29,262 nt of DNA from Gemmatimonadota bacterium (GCA_039589315.1 JBDHHQ010000055.1:1-29262); one strand, 5' to 3'. Shown: positions 1 to 9,468, numbered from the stretch's first letter. Program-made: numbers and translations. The notes: generated from the sequence alone by a model not told the origin.

Positions 1-164
1 ACTGCGTTTCGTCCGGCGCCGCACCCGAGGTCGATCGCACGGCCCTTCCCCGAACGCCGCAACTCGTCAGCTCCGAACCGCAGGAGGACGGCGTTCGGGG
101 GAGCCTGAACGAAACCGGCGACGGTCTCGGCTTCGCTCCACTTCGAACCGGCGAGTGGGTCCAT
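1..164 (-). CDS. Class I SAM-dependent methyltransferase, 5' part (runs off the left edge)
   Basis: Not in the ORF track. Hand translation from the ATG at 164 gives MDPLAGSKWSEAETVAGFVQAPPNAVLLRFGADELRRSGKGRAIDLGCGAGRNA, which contains SAM-binding motif I (DLGCGAG). Confidence 0.85.
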   Translation of the reverse strand, partial: MDPLAGSKWSEAETVAGFVQAPPNAVLLRFGADELRRSGKGRAIDLGCGAGRNA

Positions 165-372
165 GCCCCAAAGCTCGCGTAGGCTGGCCACCGGGCAAGG
201 CCTGGGCCGGTGGCTCACCCGCAGACGCCGTCGGGGGCGCGTACGAGCTGGGCTGGACTGCGGAGGCCGGTGACGCGCTCATGACCCGAGCCGGCGGATA
301 CCGGCCGCCTTCACCGCAACGCCTCCAGCGCCCGCCTTCCCTCCTCCACCAAGTGCTCGAGCTCCGGATCGC

Positions 373-1029
373 CTATCCCGCGAGCCCTCTCCCCAACACG
401 CGGGTCACCTCCCGAGCCAGCCCTTCCACCTCCGCAGCCGTCATCTCGGCTTCCCCGACCCGCCCGTCTATGAGCAGCATGGCCAGGCCGTGAACCAGTG
501 ACCAGGCACCCAACGCCAGTGCCTGAGCGAGCCCCTTCCCCTGCCTGCCACCCTTGCGGGTCCCGCTCGCCTCGAGCCCCCCCAACGCGGATCCGAGAGC
601 CCCGTACGTGGCGTCCGCCTCCCGGTTGAGCTCCGGGTGCCGATCGCGGTCGCTCCATTCGCCACTGAACATCAGTCGGTAGTGATGGGGGTTCTCGAAG
701 GCGAACAGGACGTACGCGATCCCGATCGCCTGCATCCTCGCCAGGGGGGATCCCACCGCCGCATCCGCGCGCCGGATCATGGCGTGCCGAAGGTCCCGGA
801 AGCCGTCGGCCGCGAGGGCGGCGAGGAGCCCCTCCCGATCGGCGAAATGATGATAGGGCGCGGCACGGCTGACGCCTGCCTCCCGGGCGATGGCGCGAAG
901 GCTGAGGTGGCTGGCGTCGGTCTCCTCCAGGAGCCGGTGGCCGACCTCCAGGAGCACCCGGCGCAGATCACCGTGATGATAGGAGGTCCGTTCCGGCGCC
1001 GTCGGGGGACGGGTTCTGTCATCGGACAT
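373..1029 (-). CDS. TetR/AcrR family transcriptional regulator (WHG-type C-terminal domain)
   Basis: N-terminal YHHGDLR, HTH LSLRAIAREAGVSRAAPYHHF and C-terminal AWSLVHGLA. Divergent from an ABC exporter. Confidence 0.95.
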   Translation of the reverse strand: MSDDRTRPPTAPERTSYHHGDLRRVLLEVGHRLLEETDASHLSLRAIAREAGVSRAAPYHHFADREGLLAALAADGFRDLRHAMIRRADAAVGSPLARMQAIGIAYVLFAFENPHHYRLMFSGEWSDRDRHPELNREADATYGALGSALGGLEASGTRKGGRQGKGLAQALALGAWSLVHGLAMLLIDGRVGEAEMTAAEVEGLAREVTRVLGRGLAG

Positions 1030-1072
1030 CTTGACACCGTCAGGTTCGAGTGTAACTTAGCACTGTCAAGAT
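1028..1072. promoter_or_regulatory. Two TetR operator-like palindromes overlapping the divergent promoter region
   Basis: ATCTTGACACCGTCAGGTT (1028-1046) and AACTTAGCACTGTCAAGAT (1054-1072) both approximate CTTGAC-N3-GTCAAG. TTGACA (1031-1036) and TAACTT (1053-1058) form a sigma70-like pair with a 16 nt spacer on the + strand. Confidence 0.75.
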
Positions 1073-1099
1073 GGTCATCCGACGCGATGGGGCAAGGGC

Positions 1100-1873
1100 A
1101 TGGCGACAATCCTCTGGGACAGTCTCGGAGTGGCGCAGCGCATCCTCCTGGAGCTCAGGCGGAACCGAAGGCTCCTCATCTTCTGGATCCTGTTCCCCAC
1201 TCTGATGCTGCTTCTGTTCGGCTGGATCTACGCTGATGGGTTCGGGGGCCTCGGTCCGTCGTTCACCTGGACCGCACCCGGCATCCTCCTGGGAGCGGCC
1301 ATGTTCTTCAGCTGTCTCAGCGGCCCCGTGTCCGTGATCGTGGGGGAGCGCGAACGACGTACGCTCCGGCGCTTGCTCCGCTCACCCCTGGCCGGATCGG
1401 CGTATTTCCTGGGGGTGGTCTGGGCGCACGTGGCCGTCGCGGCGGGACAGGGCGGCATCGTCTACGGCCTTACGTACGCGTTCGGCGGCGGCTTCCGGGG
1501 CTCACTCCTTCTGGGCGCCGCCATCGTCCTCGTGAGCGCCGTCTCCTACGTGGGCCTGGGCTTCTATTTCGGGGCCCGATTCGCACGGAATACGGAGGAC
1601 GCCACCGGCCCCGTCGCCGCCGTGGGAGTCCCGCTGCTGGTCCTGGGCGGCACGTTCTTCTCTGTGGACATGCTCCCTGGCTTTCTCTTCGCGCTGACCC
1701 AAGTGAACCCGATCTATCACATGAACATGGCGCTGAAGGCGGTGGCCCGGGACGGCGTCGGCATCCGGGCCATCTCCACCCATCTCCTGTTCCTCGGACT
1801 GTTCGCCGCGGCCTCCCTCGCGCTCGGGACGCGCGCATACCGCAGGATGCTCCATCTGGAGCGGGCGGACTGA
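1100..1873 (+). CDS. ABC-2 type exporter permease
   Basis: About 6 hydrophobic segments, ERERRTLRRLLRSP and LGGTFFSVDMLP motifs. Adjacent to an ABC ATPase. Confidence 0.92.
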   Translation: MATILWDSLGVAQRILLELRRNRRLLIFWILFPTLMLLLFGWIYADGFGGLGPSFTWTAPGILLGAAMFFSCLSGPVSVIVGERERRTLRRLLRSPLAGSAYFLGVVWAHVAVAAGQGGIVYGLTYAFGGGFRGSLLLGAAIVLVSAVSYVGLGFYFGARFARNTEDATGPVAAVGVPLLVLGGTFFSVDMLPGFLFALTQVNPIYHMNMALKAVARDGVGIRAISTHLLFLGLFAAASLALGTRAYRRMLHLERAD

Positions 1874-1874
1874 G

Positions 1875-2807
1875 ATGACCATGATCACACTTCGGGGATT
1901 GGAGATGAGCTTCGGCAGCCGCCGGGTCCTCCGGGGCCTCTACCTGACGGTGGGCGAGGGCGAGGTCTACGGCCTGTTGGGGAACAACGGAGCCGGAAAG
2001 AGCACGGCCATCAACATCCTCACGGGCTTGCTCCAGGCGGACGCCGGGGAGGCCCTCGTGGCCGGAGGCCCCTTGACCCCGGCGACCCGGACGTGGACGG
2101 GAGTCGCGCCGCAGGAAATCGCGCTCTACCCCCATCTGACGTGTCGGGAGAACCTGCTCTTCTTCGCCGGTGTGTACCACCTTCGCGGCTCTGCTCGGCG
2201 GCGGCGCGTCGACGACGTCATTCGCATCATGGAGCTCGGCGACCACGCGAGCACACCCGTAGCCGCCCTGAGCGGCGGCTGGCAAAGGCGCCTGAACCTC
2301 GCGGTGGCCATCGTTCACGGCCCACGCGTCCTGATTCTGGACGAGCCCACGGCGGGGCTGGACATTCAGACGCGTCACAATCTCTGGGCGTCTATCCGTC
2401 GGTTCGCCCGCGAGGGGACGTCCGTCCTGCTCACCACCCACATGCTCGACGAGGCCGAGATTCTCTGCGACCGCGTAGGCATCCTGCATGCAGGACGAAT
2501 CGTCCGTGAGGGGACCGTGGACGGACTTCGGCAGAGCGTACCGGCGGCTGAGCTGGCCGAGGTCGAAGCCGAGGACGACGAGGCGCTCCTCGCGCGGGCC
2601 CGCTCGCTCCGCATACCCACCCGACGATACGGCGGACAGCTCACGCTGCTCCTTCCGTCTCCCACCACCCTGGCTGCACTGGTCCAACGTCTGGACGGCG
2701 TAGCCGTGAGGTCGCTGCGGCTACGCCCCATCGGGTTGACCCAGGTCTTTCTGGAGGCAACCCGACCGGAAGAGGTGCGGTTGGAGGACGGCGTCGAGGT
2801 CGGTTGA
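1875..2807 (+). CDS. ABC exporter ATP-binding protein (DrrA-like)
   Basis: Walker A GNNGAGKS, signature LSGGW, Walker B LILDEPT, H-loop TTH. The start could be 1881. Confidence 0.95.
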   Translation: MTMITLRGLEMSFGSRRVLRGLYLTVGEGEVYGLLGNNGAGKSTAINILTGLLQADAGEALVAGGPLTPATRTWTGVAPQEIALYPHLTCRENLLFFAGVYHLRGSARRRRVDDVIRIMELGDHASTPVAALSGGWQRRLNLAVAIVHGPRVLILDEPTAGLDIQTRHNLWASIRRFAREGTSVLLTTHMLDEAEILCDRVGILHAGRIVREGTVDGLRQSVPAAELAEVEAEDDEALLARARSLRIPTRRYGGQLTLLLPSPTTLAALVQRLDGVAVRSLRLRPIGLTQVFLEATRPEEVRLEDGVEVG

Positions 2808-2923
2808 TGCTGCGCTGCAACCGGGCATTATCTTGCAGCGACAGCCCACGGACCCCGCGACGGAAAACGTCGTCACGGTCCTGACGTCGACCGCATCCAA
2901 TCGAAGCCTGCGGGGGCAGCGTA

Positions 2924-5083
2924 GTGTCCGATCATTCTCCGGTGATCGCTCGCGAGATCGGAGCGACCGTTCAGCAAGTGCAGGCGACTTGGGAGCTCCT
3001 GTCCGAGGGAGCGACCGTTCCGTTCATCGCCCGCTACCGGAAGGAAGTCACGGGGTCCCTGGCCGAGGTTGCGGTCGCCGCCGTCCGGGACCGCATGGCG
3101 CAGCTCGCCGAGCTCGACAAGCGCCGAGCCTCGATCCTCGTGTCTCTCGAGGAGCGGGGGCTCCTGGACGAGAAGCTTCGGCGTCGCATTCAGTACGCCG
3201 AGACCCTTCCGGTTCTGGAGGACGTCTACCTGCCCCACCGCCCGAAGCGGCGTACCCGGGGGACGGTGGCGAGGGAGCGAGGCCTGGAGCCGCTGGCGAG
3301 AGCCCTCTTGGCTCAGACCGGCAGACGAATCGACGTGTCGGGCTTCGTGAATCCCGAGCGGGGAGTCGAGGACCGGGACGGGGCCCTGGCCGGAGCCCGG
3401 GACATCATCGCCGAAGACGTCAGCGAGGACCCGGCCGTGCGCGGCGAGCTTCGTGACCTCTTTGCCCGGCGGGCCGTCCTGGTCTCGACGGTGGTGAAGA
3501 AGAAAAAGGCCGAAGCAGGCAAGTTCCAGGACTACTTCGACTGGTCCGAGCCCCTTTCACGGGCCCCGAGCCACCGGATTCTCGCTATCCTGCGGGGCAG
3601 AAATGAAGGCTTCCTCCGGGTTCACGCGAGACCCGACGAGGCCGACGCGCTGGTACGGCTCAGGCGACGCCACCTGCGTGGGCTTGGCTTCGCCACCGAG
3701 GAGGTGAGTCAGGCCCTCGATGACGCGTACAAGCGCCTGCTCCTCCCTAGCCTCGAGCGTGAGGCTCTGAAGGAGGCGAAGGCCCGGGCTGACGAAGGCG
3801 CCATCCAGATCTTCGTCACCAATCTCCGCGAGCTCCTCATGGCGGCACCCTTCAGGAACAAGCGGATGCTCGCGATAGACCCCGGGTTCCGGACCGGGTC
3901 CAAGGTGGTGGCGCTGGACGCCCAGGGAGCTCTCCTGCACAACACCACCATCTTCCCCACCCAGAGTCAGGGCCGGCGCGAGGAAGCCGTGCGGGTGGTC
4001 CGGGACCTCGTCCGGCGGTTCTCGCCGGAGGCCGTCGCCGTCGGCAACGGCACTGCCGGTCGCGAGACCGAAGCGTTCATCCGGGATCTGTCCCTCGACC
4101 TGCCCACCATCATGGTGGATGAGAGCGGCGCCTCCATCTACAGCGCCAGCGAGGTGGCCCGCGAGGAGCTCCCCGATCACGACCTGACAGTCCGCGGAGC
4201 GGTTTCCATCGGACGTCGTCTTCAGGATCCACTGGCCGAGCTGGTGAAGATCGACCCCAAGTCCATCGGGGTGGGTCAGTACCAGCACGACGTGGATCCG
4301 GGCGCGCTCAAGTCGGCGCTGGACGACACTGTGACGAGCTGCGTCAACGCGGTGGGCGTGGACCTCAACTCCGCCAGCGCCTCCCTCCTCACCTATGTAG
4401 CCGGGCTGGGGCCCGCGTTGGCGAAGAACGTCGTGAGCTGGCGTGAGCAACACGGCGCCTTTCGGACACGGCGAGACCTGCTCGAGGTGCCGCGGCTGGG
4501 CGGCAAGGCCTTCGAGCAGGCGGCGGGGTTCCTCCGCATTCCCGACGGGTCGAACCCCCTGGACGCGAGCGGTGTGCACCCGGAACGCTACGCCCTCGTC
4601 GAAACCATGGCCAGGAACCAGGGATGCTCCGTGCGTGACCTGCTGAGCGACGGGAAGCGTCGGAGCGCCATCGTCCTCGACCGCTACCTCGGAGAGGGTG
4701 TCGGCCGCCCGACCCTGGAGGACATCCTGGATGAGCTCGCCCGGCCGGGACGGGACCCCCGTCCGGCGTTCGCAGCCTTTTCCTTTGCCGACGTTCACGC
4801 CATAAACGACCTCGAGCTCGGCATGGTCTTGCCGGGCATCGTCACCAACGTCACCGCCTTTGGCGCCTTCGTGGACATTGGCGTTCATCAGGATGGTCTG
4901 GTCCACGTGAGCCAGTTGGCGGATCGCTACGTGAAGGACCCCAACGAAGTCGTCCGCGTGCGCCAACAGGTCCAGGTGCGGGTTCTGCAGGTCGACATCG
5001 ACCGGCAGCGCATCGGTCTCTCGATGAAGACGGGCTTTTCCCGGGCCGAAGCAGCGGCAGCCCCGTCCGAAGGCAACCCGTGA
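2924..5083 (+). CDS. tex: Tex/YhgF family RNA-binding transcription accessory protein
   Basis: GATVPFIARYRKEVTG, EDVYLPHRPKRRT, IDPGFRTG, ESGASIYSAS, KIDPKSIGVGQYQHDV and a C-terminal S1 domain (FGAFVDIGVHQDGLVHVS). GTG start. Confidence 0.97.
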   Translation: MSDHSPVIAREIGATVQQVQATWELLSEGATVPFIARYRKEVTGSLAEVAVAAVRDRMAQLAELDKRRASILVSLEERGLLDEKLRRRIQYAETLPVLEDVYLPHRPKRRTRGTVARERGLEPLARALLAQTGRRIDVSGFVNPERGVEDRDGALAGARDIIAEDVSEDPAVRGELRDLFARRAVLVSTVVKKKKAEAGKFQDYFDWSEPLSRAPSHRILAILRGRNEGFLRVHARPDEADALVRLRRRHLRGLGFATEEVSQALDDAYKRLLLPSLEREALKEAKARADEGAIQIFVTNLRELLMAAPFRNKRMLAIDPGFRTGSKVVALDAQGALLHNTTIFPTQSQGRREEAVRVVRDLVRRFSPEAVAVGNGTAGRETEAFIRDLSLDLPTIMVDESGASIYSASEVAREELPDHDLTVRGAVSIGRRLQDPLAELVKIDPKSIGVGQYQHDVDPGALKSALDDTVTSCVNAVGVDLNSASASLLTYVAGLGPALAKNVVSWREQHGAFRTRRDLLEVPRLGGKAFEQAAGFLRIPDGSNPLDASGVHPERYALVETMARNQGCSVRDLLSDGKRRSAIVLDRYLGEGVGRPTLEDILDELARPGRDPRPAFAAFSFADVHAINDLELGMVLPGIVTNVTAFGAFVDIGVHQDGLVHVSQLADRYVKDPNEVVRVRQQVQVRVLQVDIDRQRIGLSMKTGFSRAEAAAAPSEGNP

Positions 5084-5904
5084 CCCGGGCGTCGATCCAG
5101 GGCGAGGCGGGTGCCTTCAGTCACACCGCTGCTCGTCAGCTCTTCGGCGACGACGTGGAGATCGTGCCTTGCACGTCGTTCGACGACCTCTTCGAGAGCG
5201 TGGTCCGGGGACGTGCCACGCACGGAGTCGTGCCTGTGGAAAACACGCTGGCGGGGTCCGTGCCCGGAAACCTGGACCGTCTGATGGACTCCGGACTCCA
5301 CGCTGTATCCGAGACCAACGTCCGCGTCGAGCTCTGTCTCATTGCTCCGCCGAACCGACAGGTATCGGACCTTCGCTCAGCGGCGTCTCATCCGGTGGCG
5401 CTCGAGCAATGCCGCAGGTTCTTCCGGGAGCGGCCGCAGGTGACTCCGGTCACGATCTACGACACGGCGGGCGGCGTCAGGGACCTGATGCGCGGAGGTG
5501 CGAACTTCGATGCAGCGATCGCTTCACGCCTGGCCGCAGGTTTGTACGGGGCCGACGTCCTCCTCGAAGGGATCGAGGACAACCACAAGAACTTCACGAG
5601 GTTCTTCGCGGTGGCCACCGAGCCTGGAGAGCCGCCTGCGGAGTCCGTGACCGCGTCTCTCGGTTTTGTCGTTCCTCACGAACCCGGGTCGCTGCACCGG
5701 GCGCTTGGCCACTTCGCTCGAGCCGGAGTCAATCTCACTCGCCTGGAGTCACGACCCATCCCCGGCCGGCCCTGGGAGTACCGGTTCTACGCCGACGTGC
5801 ACGGAGATCGCGACCCGATCGAGGAGGCGCTGGAGGCGCTCGGACGGGGTGCGGCCGATGTTCACGTCCTGGGAATCTACGGCCGACCTTCGACATCGAA
5901 CTGA
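5080..5904 (+). CDS. pheA: Prephenate dehydratase (PDT + ACT, no chorismate mutase domain)
   Basis: QGEAGAFSH, PVENTLAGSV, SHPVALEQC, NFTRF and ACT-domain NLTRLESRP. GTGA overlap with tex. Confidence 0.95.
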   Translation: MTRASIQGEAGAFSHTAARQLFGDDVEIVPCTSFDDLFESVVRGRATHGVVPVENTLAGSVPGNLDRLMDSGLHAVSETNVRVELCLIAPPNRQVSDLRSAASHPVALEQCRRFFRERPQVTPVTIYDTAGGVRDLMRGGANFDAAIASRLAAGLYGADVLLEGIEDNHKNFTRFFAVATEPGEPPAESVTASLGFVVPHEPGSLHRALGHFARAGVNLTRLESRPIPGRPWEYRFYADVHGDRDPIEEALEALGRGAADVHVLGIYGRPSTSN

Positions 5905-5962
5905 TCCCCGTTTCCCGGGCCTGCTGGCCTACCTTGCCCAGAGGCGTGCGTGCTTCTCGCTG

Positions 5963-7222
5963 TCAGCCGAACCGACTGATGCGGAATGGGCTGAGGTCGA
6001 TCGACGGACGTCCATCGAGCACGGATTCCGCGACGAGCTTGCCGGTAACCGGTCCCAGCGTCAGGCCCAACATCGCGTGCCCGGTCGCAACGAACACATC
6101 GGGGTGCCCCGGGATGGGGCCGATGGCCGGCAGTCCGTCCGAAAGACAGGGGCGCAAGCCACACCACTCCGAGCTCGGTGCGGTGTCCTCGAAGTCGGTG
6201 AAATAGCGCGGGGCAGCGCCAGTCAGCTGGTCGAGCCGGCGCCGGCGTAGGTCGTGGTTTTCACCCGAGAACTCGAGCGTGCCGGCGAAACGAAGGCGGC
6301 CGGGCATCGGCGTACAGAAGACCGACGCTTCGCCAAGCATACACGTGCCCCCGAGGGCCGGCGTTGTTCCCGCGGTTTCTGACAGGTCGCGGTGGTATCC
6401 CTTGGCCGGCTGAAGTGGAAGGCGGACGCCGAGCGTTCGGCACAGTTCCAGGCTGTACGCCCCCGTGGCGAGAATCACGGTCGTCGCCCCGACCACCTCT
6501 CCGGTGTCGAGTCGAGCGCCTCTCAACGCTCCGTCGTCAGCGACGACCGCCGTGACCGAGGCGCCGGTCCGGATCTCCGCACCATACCGCTCTGCGCACC
6601 GCGCCAGTCCGATGACGAATGCGAACGGATCGACCGTCATCGCTTCGGGATAGAACACGCCACCACGAACCCGATCGCTGAGCGCGGGCAGACGAGCCCG
6701 CAGGGCGTCCGATTCGACCCTCTCGGGCTTGAAGCCGTAGGGACGTGTGAGCTCGGCCTCTTCGCACGCCTCGCCGAACGCCTCTTCGGTCAGGTACACC
6801 TCGTGATAGCCGTCGCGCCGAAACCCGCATTCCAGCTCCTCCTCGGCCATGATGCGGTCATACATCTCGACGGTGGCGTGACCGAGGGGAGCGAGGGACT
6901 GGAGAGCGTGATTCCAGGCCTGCGGGGTGCAGCTCCGGCGGAATGCCAGTAGCCAACGAGCCAGCGCGGGATCCCATCGAGGTGCCACGAACAGCGGACT
7001 CAGCGGATCGAACAGCGACCGGAGTGCTTGGCCAACGCGACCGGGCTTGTTGATGGGGCCGTGCCCCGGAGCGATCGTGCCCGCGTTACCGAAGGACGCG
7101 CCGTGCCCGATCTCGGCGCGTTCGAGAACGGTCACCTGTGCGCCTCGCTTGGCGAGGAAGTACGCACAGGAGATCCCGATCACTCCGCCACCGACGACGA
7201 CGACCTGGTGCTCTCTCTTCAC
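5963..7222 (-). CDS. FAD-dependent oxidoreductase, D-amino acid dehydrogenase (DadA)-like
   Basis: GGGVIG dinucleotide-binding motif, GASFGNAG, PAKGY, WCGLRPCLSDGLPAIG, GHAMLGLTLGPVTG. The substrate cannot be determined from sequence. Confidence 0.9.
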   Translation of the reverse strand: MKREHQVVVVGGGVIGISCAYFLAKRGAQVTVLERAEIGHGASFGNAGTIAPGHGPINKPGRVGQALRSLFDPLSPLFVAPRWDPALARWLLAFRRSCTPQAWNHALQSLAPLGHATVEMYDRIMAEEELECGFRRDGYHEVYLTEEAFGEACEEAELTRPYGFKPERVESDALRARLPALSDRVRGGVFYPEAMTVDPFAFVIGLARCAERYGAEIRTGASVTAVVADDGALRGARLDTGEVVGATTVILATGAYSLELCRTLGVRLPLQPAKGYHRDLSETAGTTPALGGTCMLGEASVFCTPMPGRLRFAGTLEFSGENHDLRRRRLDQLTGAAPRYFTDFEDTAPSSEWCGLRPCLSDGLPAIGPIPGHPDVFVATGHAMLGLTLGPVTGKLVAESVLDGRPSIDLSPFRISRFG

Positions 7223-7335
7223 GGTGCGAAACTACGTGCGGCTGTTGACGTGCGATATGGGGCCTCAGCCGGCGATGCGGGGGCGGCCCGCGCGCGTGTC
7301 GGTCGCGTCCGTGACCGCACCTTCAACTTTGGTGC

Positions 7336-8735
7336 CTAAGGATCCGCCGGCCCCACCTCCCAGGGAACGAGGGGGGATCTGCGGAAGTTGACTCCGAGAG
7401 CGGTCCACCGAGCGGACTGTGCACCGAGCCGCATGCGGTACTCGTCCCATCGGGTTGCCGACGCCAACGACCAGCCCAGCTCGGCGACGCCCGCGAGGCG
7501 GGGGAAGGCCATGTACTCGAAGTCTTCGATCGTGGCCACAGTCTCGGACCACAGAGGCGCCTCGACCCCGAGGATGGCCTCCTCCGGCAGCGTGCTGAAG
7601 CGGGCCCCGATGTCCCAATCGTAGGCGTCCCGCACGTTTGGGATCCCGGCCCAGGTCAGTCCGAGGGCTGTGCTGGAGTCGTACTTCAGGTCCAGGTAGA
7701 CGAGGTCGGCGGGAGACAGAATGACGTGCGCGCCGGAGTCGACGACGTCCAGGCTTCGGGTCTCGAACTCTCTAGCCCGGGCGGCGCGTGCCGAGTCCGG
7801 CTCCTCCTCGCCGGGAACCGGCCAAAGAGGGCGCCACAGCTGCACGATCGAGCCCGGCTCGAGGTCCGCCAGGGCCACCTCATCCCAGCCGATCATTCGT
7901 TTGCCGTGGGACCCGACGATGGATTGGACCCGGTGGATGAACCCGACGTAGTCTTCCTCGCTGAGGCGCTCCACCTCGTCGCCGCCCACGTGGAAGTACC
8001 GCCCGGGCGTGAGTGCCGCGATCTCCCGGATCACGTCCTCGAGGAAGGAGTAGGTGGTCTCCTCGCCGACACAGAGCGCGCTGAATCCCACTTCCGTTCC
8101 CGTGAACAGCTCGGGGGCGACCCCGTCGCAGTTGAGCTCGGCGTACGAGGACAGGGCCGCGTTGGTGTGTCCGGGCACGTCGATCTCCGGGACCACGATC
8201 ATGAAGCGGTCCGCGGCGTACTCTACGATCTCGGTGTATTCATCGGCCGTGTGGAAGCCGCCTTCGCCACCCCCGACCTCGGTCTGACCTCCGTGCTCGG
8301 TCAATCGGGGCCACCCGGGAATCTCGATCCGCCAGCCCTGGTCGTCGGAAAGATGCAGGTGGAGCCGGTTCAGCTTATAGAGCGCCGCGAGATCGATGAA
8401 CCGCTTCCTGCCCGGGTCAGTCGGATAGCCCCGGTGCGCTCCGCCGTCGAGTCGGGTCGGACCGGCGGCCTGGTCTCCACGCTGTTCCCGATCAGCTCGG
8501 CGAGAGACGTTGCGACCCGCTCGCCGTGCGCGTCGCCCGCGTCGAACAGAATCGCGGTCCGGTCCGAGAGGTGGAAGGTGTCGGACTGGACCCACTCCAA
8601 CTGGACCGGCAGGGGGATGACGGTGTGCGCCGGGAGGGGAGCCTCGGGCTGGCAGGCGCAGAGTAGCGACGCCAAAGCGAGGACCGCCGTCCCCAAGGGC
8701 CGATTCCCACTCGTTTGGGGCGCTGCCGTTTGCAT
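7336..8735 (-). pseudogene. GH20 beta-N-acetylhexosaminidase lipoprotein, internally deleted and frameshifted near 8406
   Basis: One frame from ATG 8735 has a lipobox (LLCAC) and a GH20b-type start (VIPLPVQLE). A second frame carries KRFIDLAALYKLNRLHLHLSDDQGWRIEI, PEIDVPGH, catalytic HVGGDE, EAPLWSE and FPRL. The intervening EGY...RGxMLDVARHF segment is absent. Confidence 0.88.
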
Positions 8736-8805
8736 CCCCGCCTCGCTTCCCGGAGCCGAATGCCATGATGCTTCGTCGGGGCGCTTCGAGCCCGGGACCC
8801 GGCGG

Positions 8806-9468
8806 CTAGTCCAGGACGGACACTGCGGCGACGAAAAGGATCTCGCTAAACGTGCGGCCGAGCGACGGACTCGAGAAGTTCCTCATGAGCGATCCGCCGT
8901 TCCAGCCGACCCTGGCTCCCTCCTCGATCTCGGTGGCTGGTGCGGCGATCCACAAGTTTTCCACGCCCGTGTCCACCAACAGGTAGACGTAGGATCCCAC
9001 GGCAATGATCTCCTCCACGGAGCCCTCGTGCTGGAAGGAGGCCTCAACCGGCCCCAGGTCCTGGCCAGCCCTGTGAAACCCGCCCGTGAAGAAGAGCTCG
9101 TCGAAGTGCCGACCCAGGCTCTCGCTCCGGAAGCCGCCCATGTTCATCATGTCCGGCACGGACACGGTGTCACCCACGGCAAGAGGAATGGGCGGTCCGG
9201 CAATCCAACGCTCCCCGCCATCGAAGTCCACCCTGGCGTAGGTGTAGCCGCCGCCGTGGAGCGCCTCCATAACCACCCCCGTGGTTCCCATGCGTCCCTC
9301 GGGCCGAGCCTCGTCCAGACGGGGGACGCTGGTGACGGGGTGGCCTGCCGGGAGCCGAGGTGCTGGAGCCTCGGCTTCCTGCGGCGGGCCGGAACAGCCC
9401 TCACAGGCGGTCATGAAGACGATGAAGAGAACGAGAGTCGGGCGCAGCGGCGTGGGGACCCTAATCAT
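8806..9468 (-). CDS. Exported/lipoprotein with two tandem NrfJ-like beta-barrel domains
   Basis: Likely ATG at 9468 (220 aa). Hydrophobic signal ending TAC, LPAGHP linker, and two repeats of G.V.E....G.Y.Y..VD......WIA.P...M..F.S.SLGR.F.E..F. Confidence 0.8.
   Translation of the reverse strand: MIRVPTPLRPTLVLFIVFMTACEGCSGPPQEAEAPAPRLPAGHPVTSVPRLDEARPEGRMGTTGVVMEALHGGGYTYARVDFDGGERWIAGPPIPLAVGDTVSVPDMMNMGGFRSESLGRHFDELFFTGGFHRAGQDLGPVEASFQHEGSVEEIIAVGSYVYLLVDTGVENLWIAAPATEIEEGARVGWNGGSLMRNFSSPSLGRTFSEILFVAAVSVLD

Noticed and set aside
8395..8420. Programmed ribosomal frameshift in the GH20 gene
   Set aside because: No slippery heptamer, and conserved coding sequence is missing, so frameshifting would not restore the enzyme.
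9394..9405. CEGC as a haem-binding site in the NrfJ-like protein
   Set aside because: No following His, and it lies at the lipoprotein cleavage site.
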